Origin: Octopus sinensis
Taxonomy: Eukaryota
Direction of reading: 5' to 3'
NCBI RefSeq assembly: GCF_006345805.1
Contig: NC_043009.1
Location: 12,462,001-12,526,000, forward strand
DNA length: 64,000 nucleotides
How positions within the stretch are numbered: the first letter of the stretch is position 1; the number at the start of each line of letters is the position of its first letter. Below are positions 24,068 through 35,665 of this stretch, piece by piece. The notes under the pieces are model-generated. The model did not search any database, had not been told where the DNA came from, and was given only the letters and a program-made list of their open reading frames with translations. A program made the translations under genes and the position numbers.

Positions 24068-24478
24068 TTTTTTACTGCCCACAAGGGGTACACACAGAGG
24101 GGACAAACAAGGACAGACAAACGGGTTAAGTCGATTATATCGACCTCAGTGCGTAACTGGTACTTATTTAATCGACCCCGAAAGGATGAAAGGCAAAGTC
24201 GACCTCGGCGGAATTTGAACTCAGAACGTAGCAGCAGACGAAATACCTATTTCTTTACTACCCATATGGGACTAAACACAGAAGGGACAAACAAGGACAG
24301 ACAAACGGATTAAGTCGATTATATCGACCCCAGTGCGTAACTGGTACTTAATTTATCGACCCCGAAAGGATGAAAGGCAAAGTCGACCTCAGCGGAATTT
24401 GAACTCAGCACGTAACGGCAGACGAAATACTGCAAAGCATTTCGCCGGCGAGCTAACGTTTCTGCCAGCTCAACGCCT
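24068..24478 (-). mobile_element. SINE family B dimer
   Basis: Two units joined at the family's fixed junction (~24240-24255). Confidence 0.9.
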
Positions 24479-24896
24479 TCCATGTCACTAATATTAAATA
24501 CCATTTCTAAAAGTCTGCTGTTTTTCTTGTTTACCTTCAGGTTGTCCAAGAATGAGTAGACTTAATAATGAAAGGTTTTCTATCTGTGGCCATGACCATC
24601 TTTCTTTCTTTTTTTATAAACAAGGCGTATTATCGAGTGTGTCCTTCTATCTTAATAGAAATACAGAGTATGATTTGGCTGTTATTTTTGATAGACAGAG
24701 ACTTCATAGCGAATTTTTTACTGGCAATATTTAGTTCAATTGTATGTCAGTTTCTTTGAGTCTTTTTCTTTTGTCTTACCAAGTAAGACGAATCATATAT
24801 ATATATGTGTGTGTGGGGGGGGTATACACACACAACTACATGTGAATCGTTGGCGATTTTTTTCCTCCATGTTAATTTTCTATTAGACTTTCCTCT

Positions 24897-24931
24897 GTTT
24901 CTGAAGCAGAGCTTTGCTCGAAACGTAAAAC
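24897..24931 (+). ncRNA. Degenerate minimal hammerhead motif
   Basis: gttt-CUGAAGC-a-gagc-ttt-gctc-GAAA-C-GUA-aaac; A9 replaced by C. Confidence 0.6.
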
Positions 24932-25011
24932 CACCAATCTTTTTCATTCCTTGAGCGTCTGTTGTTGTTTTTTTTTTTGTATTGTGTTTGTTCTTCGCTT
25001 TTTTTATTTAC

Positions 25012-25078
<67 letters not shown>

Positions 25079-25089
25079 ATATATGTTTT

Positions 25090-25153
<64 letters not shown>

Positions 25154-25379
25154 ATATATATATAATTTATGTGAAATAGAAAGATGAATAATCTTGTAGT
25201 AGATTAATCAAAAGTTTAACCGATACCTTAGTAGCAAAAATCACAGCAGTAAACAGCACGGTTGGAGGTACAACCATCTGGCGTTGCAACCGTGCGTTGG
25301 TGCGGATAATTGAAATTAAAACATTATTGGTGAATTGAAGAAATGGAGCTGAACGCAGATTGAACAGAAATCGTTTTAT

Positions 25380-25466
25380 TTCATTCTACACGTGTTTTGA
25401 AAGGCACAAATTACCAAATTCCGATTGAATAATGGGACCATATTGTGTCTTTCTCTTCAGGAAGAA
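25380..25466 (-). ncRNA. Hammerhead motif in the 3' pLTR with G12-to-A change
   Basis: Reverse complement of 28215-28301 except position 25398, which changes GAAA to AAAA. Confidence 0.8.
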
Positions 25467-26097
25467 AAAAGGAAATCCGTTGGAAAAACAAAAACAGAAC
25501 ATAGGCGGAGCAAAAACAAAAACAAATCGAACTATGCTCCTAAGAGCCCATGGCGAAACTGTTTATCAGTGTATGTTGAGAACCGGTGGCTGAAGAATTC
25601 AACGGGTCAGGCATCGGTCAATCATGTGGGTGAGGGTGTATAGATGTTCTTTGTGACCGAGAATAAAGTTCTGACTATTTAAGGAATATTGGATGTTTTA
25701 TAAGGGGCGAGAAAAAATCTACTTAGAGACGTGTGTGTGTGTATACTGTTCTATATATGTGTGTGTTGGCGTAGGGGTAGAAAACATTTTTTGTGTACGT
25801 GTGTGCGTTTGATCGTTCGGCTGTCAGTGGCTACTGCCGTGATAACCGTTGGGTGGCAGAAAGAAAAAATATATATATATATTATGTTTTATGTGTGTGT
25901 GTGTTCATCTAAGCCTGCCTTGTCAAGGAAACCCCCCGCTGTGAAAAAACCAAGCCCCGTTTGTCTTACAGGAGTAATTCCCCTTGCAGTGGTTAATCGT
26001 AGATATCTTAAAGGCTATTTCAGAATTTGTTACCAAGGGCTATGGGTGCCGGTATTATTTATAAACGCTATTTAAAAGCCAGATAAGTGTAACGCCG

Positions 26098-27699
26098 TCA
26101 ATGGGGGCATCGAAAAGCCGACTGTAAGAGCCCGTTTACCATCCGGCCTCTGGCAAACAAAATATGGAAGAGTTCGGAGACACAAAGGTTGCACTGTCTT
26201 CTGCCCCTATCAAATGGGAGGGCCACCGACAAAATTGACCATTCCAGCCTATAGCTTAAGTTCGTATCCTTCAGTCGCCATATTAGCTTACTGAGTCCCG
26301 TGGTCTGGCGCTTGTTCACGTCCCGAAAAGTTGCGTAATGGTTGGAGACACGCAAAGACAATCTTGAGGATGATGCCCCTACATAAGTGAAGACATCTGA
26401 GTCCGTGTAAACCTTGCATTGGTAGACGGCGTTTTTGATCTTGGAGTTCGCCGACGTGAATCTTAATCTGCTAGGATTAGTTTCTGAAATTAGAACTGCG
26501 TTCCTGTCACTATATTCGTTCCGAGACCTGCAGCCGCTTACTACTCTATTTTCCACTACGTCACTATTAACTATAGGAATAACCCCTGATTCTCCACTAT
26601 CTATCAGAGTGCTGTCATTGCTACTGCCCGTGGTGCTGCTATTGCGGGAAATGATGCTGGGGATGCTACTGGGGCTCTCTACCCTACTCCCATTGTTACC
26701 GTCAACCACAACACCCCTATTTATAACTATACCCCTAGTGGGTACTCCCTGGCTGGAGCTGAGATTATGTGTCACTGTACTGGCTCTCATATCATTATTA
26801 CTACTATAATTATTCCTACTGAGCATTAAACCGGGAGCGGAAGAGGCTGTGCCTCCGGAAAAAGGTGATAGGGTCTTAGTAAGTAGCCTATTATTATGGG
26901 AGGCGATTATCTGGGCGAGGTTTTTAATGTTGGAGAAAGCTATCCTAACTTTATGTGAGTTAACCGTGGAGTAATATTTGGAATTTCTGGGGAAGTTATT
27001 GGCGATGGCTTGTCTAAACATGAGGGGGAGGTTAGTTCTAATCTGCTTACCAAAGGGGATTACAAACCATATATGCTTATTCCTATCAGTGTGATGGGTC
27101 GGGACGCCAGCTCTCGCATTCGGGTGGGTGATTCTCGGATGAATAACGGGTCTTGGGTTAGTGTAAGACCTCCCGGACCGATAATTATCCTTGTTCGCTA
27201 AATTAAATGCGGGAGCGACTACCCCGGCATCCGCCGCGCTCCCGTCCTTACTTAAAATGTTAATGTTATTATATACGGCCCTATCCTGATGACCGAATGA
27301 TGGCATCGGAAGGGCCGGATCAATATAAATTACCTTCTGCCTATAACCGGCCTTGGATAGTGCGGCGTTATAAAATTCCGCTTTCTGCATAAAAATATCG
27401 GCACTGGCGGACAAGCCAGACAATCTTAGAGAGATGTTTTTAACCAAATTGTCTGTTACGGTTTTGGCATGATTTGAGAAGACACTGACATACTTCAAAT
27501 TAGTGGAAGGCTTATGGTAAGGGCAGTATGAGTCGCTATTAAGGTTAAGTGTAACGTCTAGGAAATTAGCCTTGGTGAGTTCATTATCAAAAACTATACT
27601 CATGCCCATTCTATTAAAAAACCTAGCTAACCTGCTCTTAGTTTTCTGCCCTATTCTGTTCGTGGTTTTTTGCAGGTAAAACAGACAATCGTCACGATA
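26098..27699 (-). CDS. Penelope polyprotein C-terminal part (RT from YRDD, thumb, GIY-YIG endonuclease), 533 aa
   Basis: YRDD, NFLDVTLNL, SNHAK, IWFVIPF, VYQCKV...YVG, CNLCVSE motifs; uninterrupted frame. TGA at 26098 is probably a slightly premature stop (RRYTYLAFK* follows). Confidence 0.93.
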   Translation of the reverse strand, partial: YRDDCLFYLQKTTNRIGQKTKSRLARFFNRMGMSIVFDNELTKANFLDVTLNLNSDSYCPYHKPSTNLKYVSVFSNHAKTVTDNLVKNISLRLSGLSASADIFMQKAEFYNAALSKAGYRQKVIYIDPALPMPSFGHQDRAVYNNINILSKDGSAADAGVVAPAFNLANKDNYRSGRSYTNPRPVIHPRITHPNARAGVPTHHTDRNKHIWFVIPFGKQIRTNLPLMFRQAIANNFPRNSKYYSTVNSHKVRIAFSNIKNLAQIIASHNNRLLTKTLSPFSGGTASSAPGLMLSRNNYSSNNDMRASTVTHNLSSSQGVPTRGIVINRGVVVDGNNGSRVESPSSIPSIISRNSSTTGSSNDSTLIDSGESGVIPIVNSDVVENRVVSGCRSRNEYSDRNAVLISETNPSRLRFTSANSKIKNAVYQCKVYTDSDVFTYVGASSSRLSLRVSNHYATFRDVNKRQTTGLSKLIWRLKDTNLSYRLEWSILSVALPFDRGRRQCNLCVSELFHILFARGRMVNGLLQSAFRCPH

Positions 27700-28214
27700 C
27701 ACACACACACACACATAAACACACGTAAACACACATAAACACACATAAACACACATAAACACACACACACACGATACACACACACACATAAAACATAATA
27801 TATATATATATTTTTTTCTTTCTGCCACCCAACGGTTATCACGGCAGTAGCCACTGACAGCCGAACGATCAAACGCACACACGTACACAAAAAATGTTTT
27901 CTACCCCTACGCCAACACACACATATATAGAACAGTATACACACACACACGTCTCTAAGTAGATTTTTTCTCGCCCCTTATAAAACATCCAATATTCCTT
28001 AAATAGTCAGAACTTTATTCTCGGTCACAAAGAACATCTATACACCCTCACCCACATGATTGACCGATGCCTGACCCGTTGAATTCTTCAGCCACCGGTT
28101 CTCAACATACACTGATAAACAGTTTCGCCATGGGCTCTTAGGAGCATAGTTCGATTTGTTTTTGTTTTTGCTCCGCCTATGTTCTGTTTTTGTTTTTCCA
28201 ACGGATTTCCTTTT

Positions 28215-28301
28215 TTCTTCCTGAAGAGAAAGACACAATATGGTCCCATTATTCAATCGGAATTTGGTAATTTGTGCCTTTCGAAACACGTGTAGAATGA
28301 A
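28215..28301 (+). ncRNA. Intact minimal type I hammerhead in the inverted 5' pLTR
   Basis: Helix I ttcttc/gaatgaa, CUGAAGA, helix II gaaagacacaa/ttgtgcctttc, GAAA, palindromic ACACGUGU, GUA at 28292-28294. Confidence 0.88.
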
Positions 28302-28355
28302 ATAAAACGATTTCTGTTCAATCTGCGTTCAGCTCCATTTCTTCAATTCACCAAT

Positions 28356-28364
<9 letters not shown>

Positions 28365-28418
<54 letters not shown>

Positions 28419-28431
28419 ATATGTATGTATG

Positions 28432-28483
<52 letters not shown>

Positions 28484-28642
28484 AATACACATATATATAC
28501 ATATATATATACATATATATGTATATATATATGTATATGTATATGTATGTATGTGTGTGTATATCTATATATTTATACATATATATGTATATATGTATAT
28601 ATGTGTGTGTGTATAAATACATATATATGTATGTATATATAT

Positions 28643-28720
<78 letters not shown>
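28365..28720. repeat. (TA)n/(TATG)n microsatellite
   Basis: Direct reading. Confidence 0.95.
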
Positions 28721-28724
<4 letters not shown>

Positions 28725-28890
28725 GTCATCCCATAAATAATGCGGTTTTTTATACTTCTTTTATTTTTCAAAATTAAAATAATCAAAGTTCTTTTTTTAT
28801 CTAAAATATGCTCTCCTTCATTTTCTACAATGCTCTTCTGTCTATGTCGAAAATTTGAGTCATTGCTAATTATTTGAATGGTCTTCATTT
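28721..28890 (-). mobile_element. Mariner 3' end
   Basis: TIR-like ttgggtcatcccataaataatgcggttttt after TA; minus frame [14 protein letters not shown] resembles the mariner C-terminus. Confidence 0.7.
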
Positions 28891-29099
28891 TAATTATGTT
28901 CCCGGATATTTCGTGAACAACAGCAACGAGTGGGAAGGCTTGTCCATTGTGAGCATCACTTGAGCTTTATAAACGAATGTTCTGAAAAATCGTATACAGG
29001 TGTCCTGGGCTCCTCACAACAAACTTGTTTCCGTGAACAGAGACAACGTAAACAGTCTCTACTGAGGGGCATAACAATCCTGTATCCATCACCCACTCT

Positions 29100-29290
29100 A
29101 GTCCTAGACAAAATTCAATTAGAACCCGCAAAGAAATCGCAAATGCTTGGCGTCATACTTGCTTTCGATACATTCTTGATTTCTCACATTAACAACAAAC
29201 GATTTGTATCGAATACCTTCGTACGACACAGTTCTGACAGTTCCCTCCAACTGAAGTTCTTTAGCGATGATCCTCATTGATTTTCCGGGA
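29100..29290 (-). mobile_element. Tc1/mariner-superfamily HTH fragment
   Basis: PGKSMRIIAKELQLEGTVRTVSYEGIRYKSFVV resembles the xSMRxIAKELxVSExTVR...DLxYKSY HTH of DD37D-type transposases. Confidence 0.55.
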
Positions 29291-29334
29291 GCATCCGTAA
29301 TACGTAATATTTCAAACATTACGCAATATTTCAG

Positions 29335-29884
29335 CATTATGTTATATTTCGGCATATTTTACTTTATGAGTTCAATAAAGGCAACAATTCAACGGAAAGG
29401 GAGAATATTAATGCAGTATATGGCGATTGAACAATAAGTGTAAGCCAGTGTCGACGATGGTTCTAGAAATTCTGAGCTGGAAACCACAGCTTAGAAGATG
29501 AGCCTCATCCTGGAAGATCTGTAGAGCTCGACGAGGACGTCCTGCAAACCCTGGTGGAACAAAAGCCCATCGTAACTGTTGAGGAACTAGCAGCGAAGCT
29601 TAGATTTGGTCATTCAACCATTCATCGACACCTGCGCTAGAAGAAAAGCGACCATCTTTGGTTTCTAGACGAAAGGTGTTCTTCCATCAAGATAATGCTC
29701 GGCCGCATACAGCGAGGATGACATTGCTCCATCCGATTATAATTTATTCCGCAGTCTTCAAATTCATTTGACGGAAAAAATAAGAATTCTGTAGTCTAGG
29801 TCAGAACAGGACTGGAGGAGTATTTTTCGTCATAGACAGAATTAATCCTGATCTAAATTTTAACGAACTTTCCGGACAACCCAA
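29335..29884 (+). mobile_element. Deleted mariner element
   Basis: HILLYEFNKG...SLEDEPHPGR...LAAKL HTH, HQDNARPH, DIAPSDYNLF; right TIR aacgaactttccggacaacccaa+TA shared with 438-1004. Confidence 0.9.
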
Positions 29885-29996
29885 TATTTTTAATATGTTG
29901 GCTCATATGATGTTTTTCAGAAACGTTATAGGAGTCAGGCAGTAAAAATTATACGCTTGTAATAAGGGCAAATGAAATATGTAGAAATGTGCAATA

Positions 29997-30499
29997 CCGT
30001 AAATCCTGGAGTATAATCAGCATGTCCCCCCCCCCCAATTTAAAGGTCAAAATCCCTAGTGCGTATTATACACGAGGTTAAAAGTGAAAAATATTTTCTA
30101 AGCAATGTCTGAGTCTCTATTTGCTGTCCGGCAATGTTTATTCAGACGTATTTTGTGATGTCGGGTGCGAAAATACATTAAACTAAGCCTGAAAGCAATG
30201 AAGTCATAAAAGAATCATCCATAACCTGCAGTAAGCAACATTTATTAAAATAAAAGTATTCAGAACACAGAATAACATGTAACAAAACAATTTGCAAACA
30301 TATTAGCATTCCCATATAACAGCTGAGAACATCACCATTATTGTATTACGCATGCGCGGAAGTGTTTGTTCGACTATGTGATTCTCAAGTTAGAGAAGGG
30401 GTGCGTATTATACACAAGGTTTAGGTTTTTCAGAGGTTCAGCCCCCTAAAAATCCTCGCGTATTATACTCAAGGGCGGACTATATTCGAGGATTTGCGG
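29997..30499. mobile_element. pogo/Tigger-like MITE, second copy
   Basis: Colinear with 8631-9152; TA flanks. Confidence 0.88.
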
Positions 30500-30900
30500 T
30501 AGTTATGATGGTGATGATATTATTTGTTTCTAGCGCCGAGGTCAACTTTGCCTTTCACCCTTACGGGGTCGATGAAATAGGTACCAGTTACGCACTGGGG
30601 TCGATGTAATCACTTAGCTCCCTTCCCGCCCCTAATTTTCAAGGCCTTATACCTAGAATAGAAACAATTATTTGTTTCTAGCATAAACACCAGGCCTATA
30701 ATTTAAGGGAAGCGTTGAAAGGAAAAGCTGACCGATGGGATTTGAGCTCAGAACGTAAAACGCCAGAAAAAAATCCCGCAAAACATTTTATCCGACTCTC
30801 TTTCGATTCTCCCATCGTATTGGTAATAATGATGAATGATAATGATAACGGAAGAGTCAGTTTCTGCAGTTTGAGAGAAGAATATAAATAATCATTTTAA

Positions 30901-31934
30901 GGAAATATTTATTTACCGTTACGTTACAAATACCTTGCCTCGACGAGCAGGTTTTGATACATCCAAAAGCATGCGAAAAGTTTGTGTTTGGGTCCTCTTC
31001 ATTGTTTAGTAGTAATTACAGAGTGAGAGATAGAATGACGTTGTAAAAGAACAGAATTGGACCTAGTGAGAGTGATAGAGTGTGGGACGTTGTCTTTCTT
31101 TTCCCTCTGGCTGTGTTGTCTGCCTGCTTCCATAATTCTAGTGGTCGGTTCACCAACTGAAACTTTGGGGGAGGGCGACAGTCGATTAGATCAACTCCAG
31201 TACGCAACTGGAACTTAATTTATCGACCCAAAAAGGATGAAAGGCAAGGTCGAAGTCGGCGGGATTTGAACACAGAATGTAGCGACGGGCAAAATACAGC
31301 TGTAATGAATCTTACATGCATGAAGCGGATTTCGATCCACCACAGCCAAATTCAAATTAACACTGCAACAGAACTTTTCTCACGAAGGAACAATGGTTTT
31401 TCTCTGACAGAAGTTTTACATTTTCCAGATGCCTTTAGCTAGGCCGAAATAATGTCTTCACTACTTGACCCTTTCTAACCTCTTCTACTTCACCAAAAGC
31501 TAGAATAGAGATAACAAGACCACCAACTAAATCTATTGTTCTCAATGATATATCTATCCTTCTGGATAGTTATGTAAGCAATCACACCCCAAGCAAAAAT
31601 CAGTTCGTCCCTGTATGACGACTCGACGGAGTTAGTCACCTTGGTGACAGACTCGTGAGTTGAGAGAGAGCCAACATCAGTTGGTGAACCGACCACTAGA
31701 ATTATGGAAGCAGGCAGACAACACGGCCAGAGGGAAAAGAAAGACAACGTCCCACACTCTAGCACTCTCACTAGCTCCAATTCTGTTCTTTTACAACGTC
31801 ATTCTATCTCTCTCTGTAATTACTACTAAACAATGAAGAGGACCCAAACACAAACTTTTCGCATGCTTTTGGATGTATCAAAACCTGCCCGTCGAGGCAA
31901 GGTATTTGTAACGTAACGGTAAATAAATATTTCC
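30901..31934. mobile_element. Long-TIR element (~260-bp arms), TTAA-flanked, Kolobok-like termini
   Basis: Arms 30901-31160 and 31677-31934 are near-identical inverted copies; TTAA|GG...CC|TTAA. Confidence 0.6.
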
Positions 31935-32094
31935 TTAAAACTTCATGCATTGTCTATCTTACACATCTTACAGTAAACAATTATAACAACAAAATAATTA
32001 TCGTCACAACTGCTGACACCGACAAATCATAATAATGTTTACCAATCAATCTCTCCTGTTACACAGCTAAACACTTCGTTCAGCGTGCTAACGA

Positions 32095-32330
32095 TTCTTA
32101 TTTCTTTATTGCCCACTAGGGAGCTAAACACAGAGGGGACAAACAAGGACAGACAAACGGATTAAGTCGATTACATTGACTCAGTGCATAACTGGTACTT
32201 AATTTATCGACCCCGAAAGGATGAAAGGCAAAGTCGACTTCGGCGGAATTTGAACTCAGAACGTAACGGCAGACGAAATACTGCTAAGCATTCCGTCCGG
32301 CGTGCTAACGATTCTGCCAGCTCGCCGCCT
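32095..32330 (-). mobile_element. SINE family B monomer
   Basis: Family match. Confidence 0.9.
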
Positions 32331-32694
32331 TGAAAAGAATATAATGATTTCTAACTTTAATATAAAATCAAAATATTTTAGAAAAGAAGTAAAATCGATT
32401 AAATCGACACTGGTAGTCAAATGGTGTATCTTTTAGCGATAGCAGGAAGATAAGGGCAGTAGGACATGCACTGAGGACGTGAAGAAACGTAACTATGGCA
32501 ATTGACTCGACATCTGTATTTTCGCTTGGCTCCAGGCCGCCTGTTTATAAGTTCAGTGAAATAGATTATGCATGTCTTTCTGGCTTGTATTAAGTTTGAT
32601 GTATTTTTGACCGGTGAACGAAATGGCATTCTGAGTAAGATGCGGTGATGAATAAACATACACTGTGTCACTGTTTTATATAATCTACACATAT

Positions 32695-32857
32695 AGGCGC
32701 AGATGTGGTTGTGTGGAAAGAAGCTCACTTGCCAATCATGTGACTTCAGGTTCAGCCCCACTGCGCGGCACGTTGGGCAAGTATCTTCCACTACAGCCTT
32801 GTGAGCGGATTTGGTAGACGAAAACTGAAAGAAGCCTGTCGTAGATAGATAGATAGC

Positions 32858-32928
<71 letters not shown>

Positions 32929-33125
32929 GTGCGTGCATGCATATTTGTTCACTGCATAACAACCGATGATGGTTTGTTTACGCTCTTGTAACTTACTGTT
33001 TCTGCAGAAAAAGATCGCTAGAATAAGTAGCAAGCTTTAAAATAAGTACTGGCGTAGATTTATTAGACTCAGCCCTTCAAAGCAGTGCTCCAGCATGACA
33101 CCAGTCCAAAGACTGAAACAAAAAG
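32695..33125 (+). mobile_element. SINE family A with central (GATA)n
   Basis: Family match. Confidence 0.8.
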
Positions 33126-33934
33126 TATGTGTGTATAAATAAAGTTTGTATCAACAATATTTGCTTCTAAATTAGGTACGAAGCCAGAAATTTTGACGGG
33201 TTGGATTTTTCCGTAACATCGACTCCAATACGTGACAGGTACTTTATTTTGGCGACACCTGAAGGATAAAAAAAAAAATGGGTTAACCTCGGTCGGATTT
33301 GAACTCAGAACGTAATGTGCTGAAACAAATACCAGAAAGCATCTTTTCTTTCTTCGCCCGCCAACGGCTTAACGAATCTGCCAAACCACCGCCTTTACTG
33401 AACAATATTAATAAAAATAAGCATAAAGAAGATAGTAACAGTCGAAGAAAATGGATTGTGATGTGTGCCTTATTCACTTGTAGCTTCTTTCTTTTCAATT
33501 TAAGCTTTACTTGTCTGAACATGTCTCAGGGAGTACTATTAATGCTGTTTCCTTGACAAATACAAACACTTTTAGCAAATATTTGATAAATGCACAAACA
33601 CCTACTGACACATAAATGCATGTATATGCATGCATAAACATATGTGTATGTAGCTCTCGCTTTTTCTCTCGCCCACCAATATATAGAGTTTACATTCTTC
33701 TATCCACGCTTCATTAAAAATGTTATTTACTTTGAATCGTTCTTCTGTTATTCCTTTTTCTTCTCTTTCTCATAAACAAAAGCAAAAAAAGTTTCTGAAG
33801 CGAATGGAAGTATTAGCTGACAATAAGACAGCCTGTCCAATAATTCAATTTCATCACTCATTTTATTTGCAAGTAAAAGCATCTATGAGTGTTTACATTA
33901 TTTATATCACCTTAATGAAAACATAGGTCAAATT

Positions 33935-33935
33935 G

Positions 33936-34015
<80 letters not shown>
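33935..34015 (+). repeat. (CT)n microsatellite
   Basis: Direct reading. Confidence 0.95.
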
Positions 34016-34021
<6 letters not shown>

Positions 34022-34503
34022 ATAAACAGGTTCGTTCAAATTGATTCCAATCAGGTAAACGATATTAAACGACCACTATCGAGCATGGCCTTTTTAAGCA
34101 TTGTGCGCAGTCAACTGGCCAATAGTCCTATCTATGTCCTCGCTCTAAAGATTCCTATTTAACATAAACTCTATGCATACTGCGTGAATGAGTGTCTCTC
34201 CACTCCACGCATCTCTGCACACAACTGTTGCTAACTCTTCGCATTCTTTTTTTTTTTTTTTTTTCATTATTGTTAATAAAGTTGTTGTAATGTACGTTTT
34301 ACCTTTCACTTATTTCAGTCATTAGACTGCAGCCATGCTGAGGCACAGCTATAAAGGGTTCAGTTGAGCAAATCAACCTCAGTACTTTTTTTTTTTTTAA
34401 ACCTGGTACTTATTCTAGCGGAACCTAATACTGAACCGCTAGGCTGTTGGGTCGTAAACAAGCTAAAACCGGTTGTCAAGCTACGGTAGAGGACTAGCAC
34501 AAG

Positions 34504-35155
34504 ACATACATACATACATACATACATACATACATACATACATACATACATGCATACATACATGCATAGATACATGCATACATACACACATACATGCATA
34601 CATACATAGATGCATGCATACATACATACATACATACATACATACATACATACATACATAGATACATGCATACATACACACATACATAGATACATACACA
34701 CACACACATACATACATACATACATACATGCATACATACATACATACATACATACATACATACATAGATACATGCATACATACATGCATAGATACATGCA
34801 TACATACACACATACATGCATACATACATAGATGCATGCATACATACATACATACATACATACATACATACATACATACATACATAGATGCATGCATACA
34901 CACATACATAGATACATACACACACACACATACATACATACATACATACATGCATACATACATACATACATACATACATACATACATACATACATACATA
35001 CATACATACATGCATGCATAGATACTTGCATACATACACATATATGCATACATACATAGATACATGTATATATATATATACACACACATACATACATACA
35101 CACATACATACATACATACATACATACATACATACATACATACATACATACATAC
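34504..35155 (+). repeat. (TACA)n microsatellite, ~650 bp, with an internal ~220-bp duplication of variant units
   Basis: Variant blocks such as gatgcatgcatac recur at ~34611 and ~34831. Confidence 0.92.
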
Positions 35156-35665
35156 CAAATTCTTGGCGGATGTTAACATAAGGCTAAAGATCAGCGAAAA
35201 AGAAAACACCTACGCTGAACTATTGAGAAATCTACAATTACCCTACCCAGATTACACGTTTAGGTTTATACCTGTAATTACTGTAACACCGGGATATGTA
35301 ACGCATTGCTTAAGTATCAAGAAATTAGGCTTCTCAAAATCAGAAAGGAAAAAGTTGATTTGAAGATTACAGATTCAAGCCATCACTGGAACTATAAAAA
35401 TGTGTAAACCTTTCCGAAAGTTTTTCATTTCAGTATGTACGCGCATGTCTTGACATGCAACTGCACTCATGAGAATACATACATAAAACAAAACAGAAAT
35501 CTGCACATGTACCGACTCCAAAAAAACTGCACATACACACATATACCTGTAAAAATACCCTGTTGATGTTGTTGAAATTTCAATGAAGGAGTCTTGGATC
35601 TACATTAGAAACCCACTTTTTCCCTATTGGCAAGAAATTCTGAAATAAAACTGAACAATGCCATA
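35156..35665 (+). mobile_element. RLE-type LINE 3' end (endonuclease C-terminus + UTR)
   Basis: ADVNIRLKISEKENTYAELLRNLQLPYPDYTFRFIPVI...GYVT...LGF...LQIQAITGTIKMCK matches the RLE C-terminal pattern. Confidence 0.8.

Larger units (their letters stand above)
25165..28364 (-). mobile_element. Young 5'-truncated Penelope-like element with inverted pseudo-LTRs, between (TA)n tracts
   Basis: Inverted arms 25317-~25895 and ~27775-28364; RT-GIY-YIG ORF between them; hammerhead in each arm. Confidence 0.95.

Noticed and set aside
27700-27888. N-terminal 63 aa of the 596-aa ORF
   Set aside because: Read-through of the inverted pLTR and (TG)n junction; homology starts at YRDD.
35575-35615. caatgaag...agaaac as a hammerhead in the RLE-LINE UTR
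   Set aside because: Lacks CUGA and a pairing helix II.
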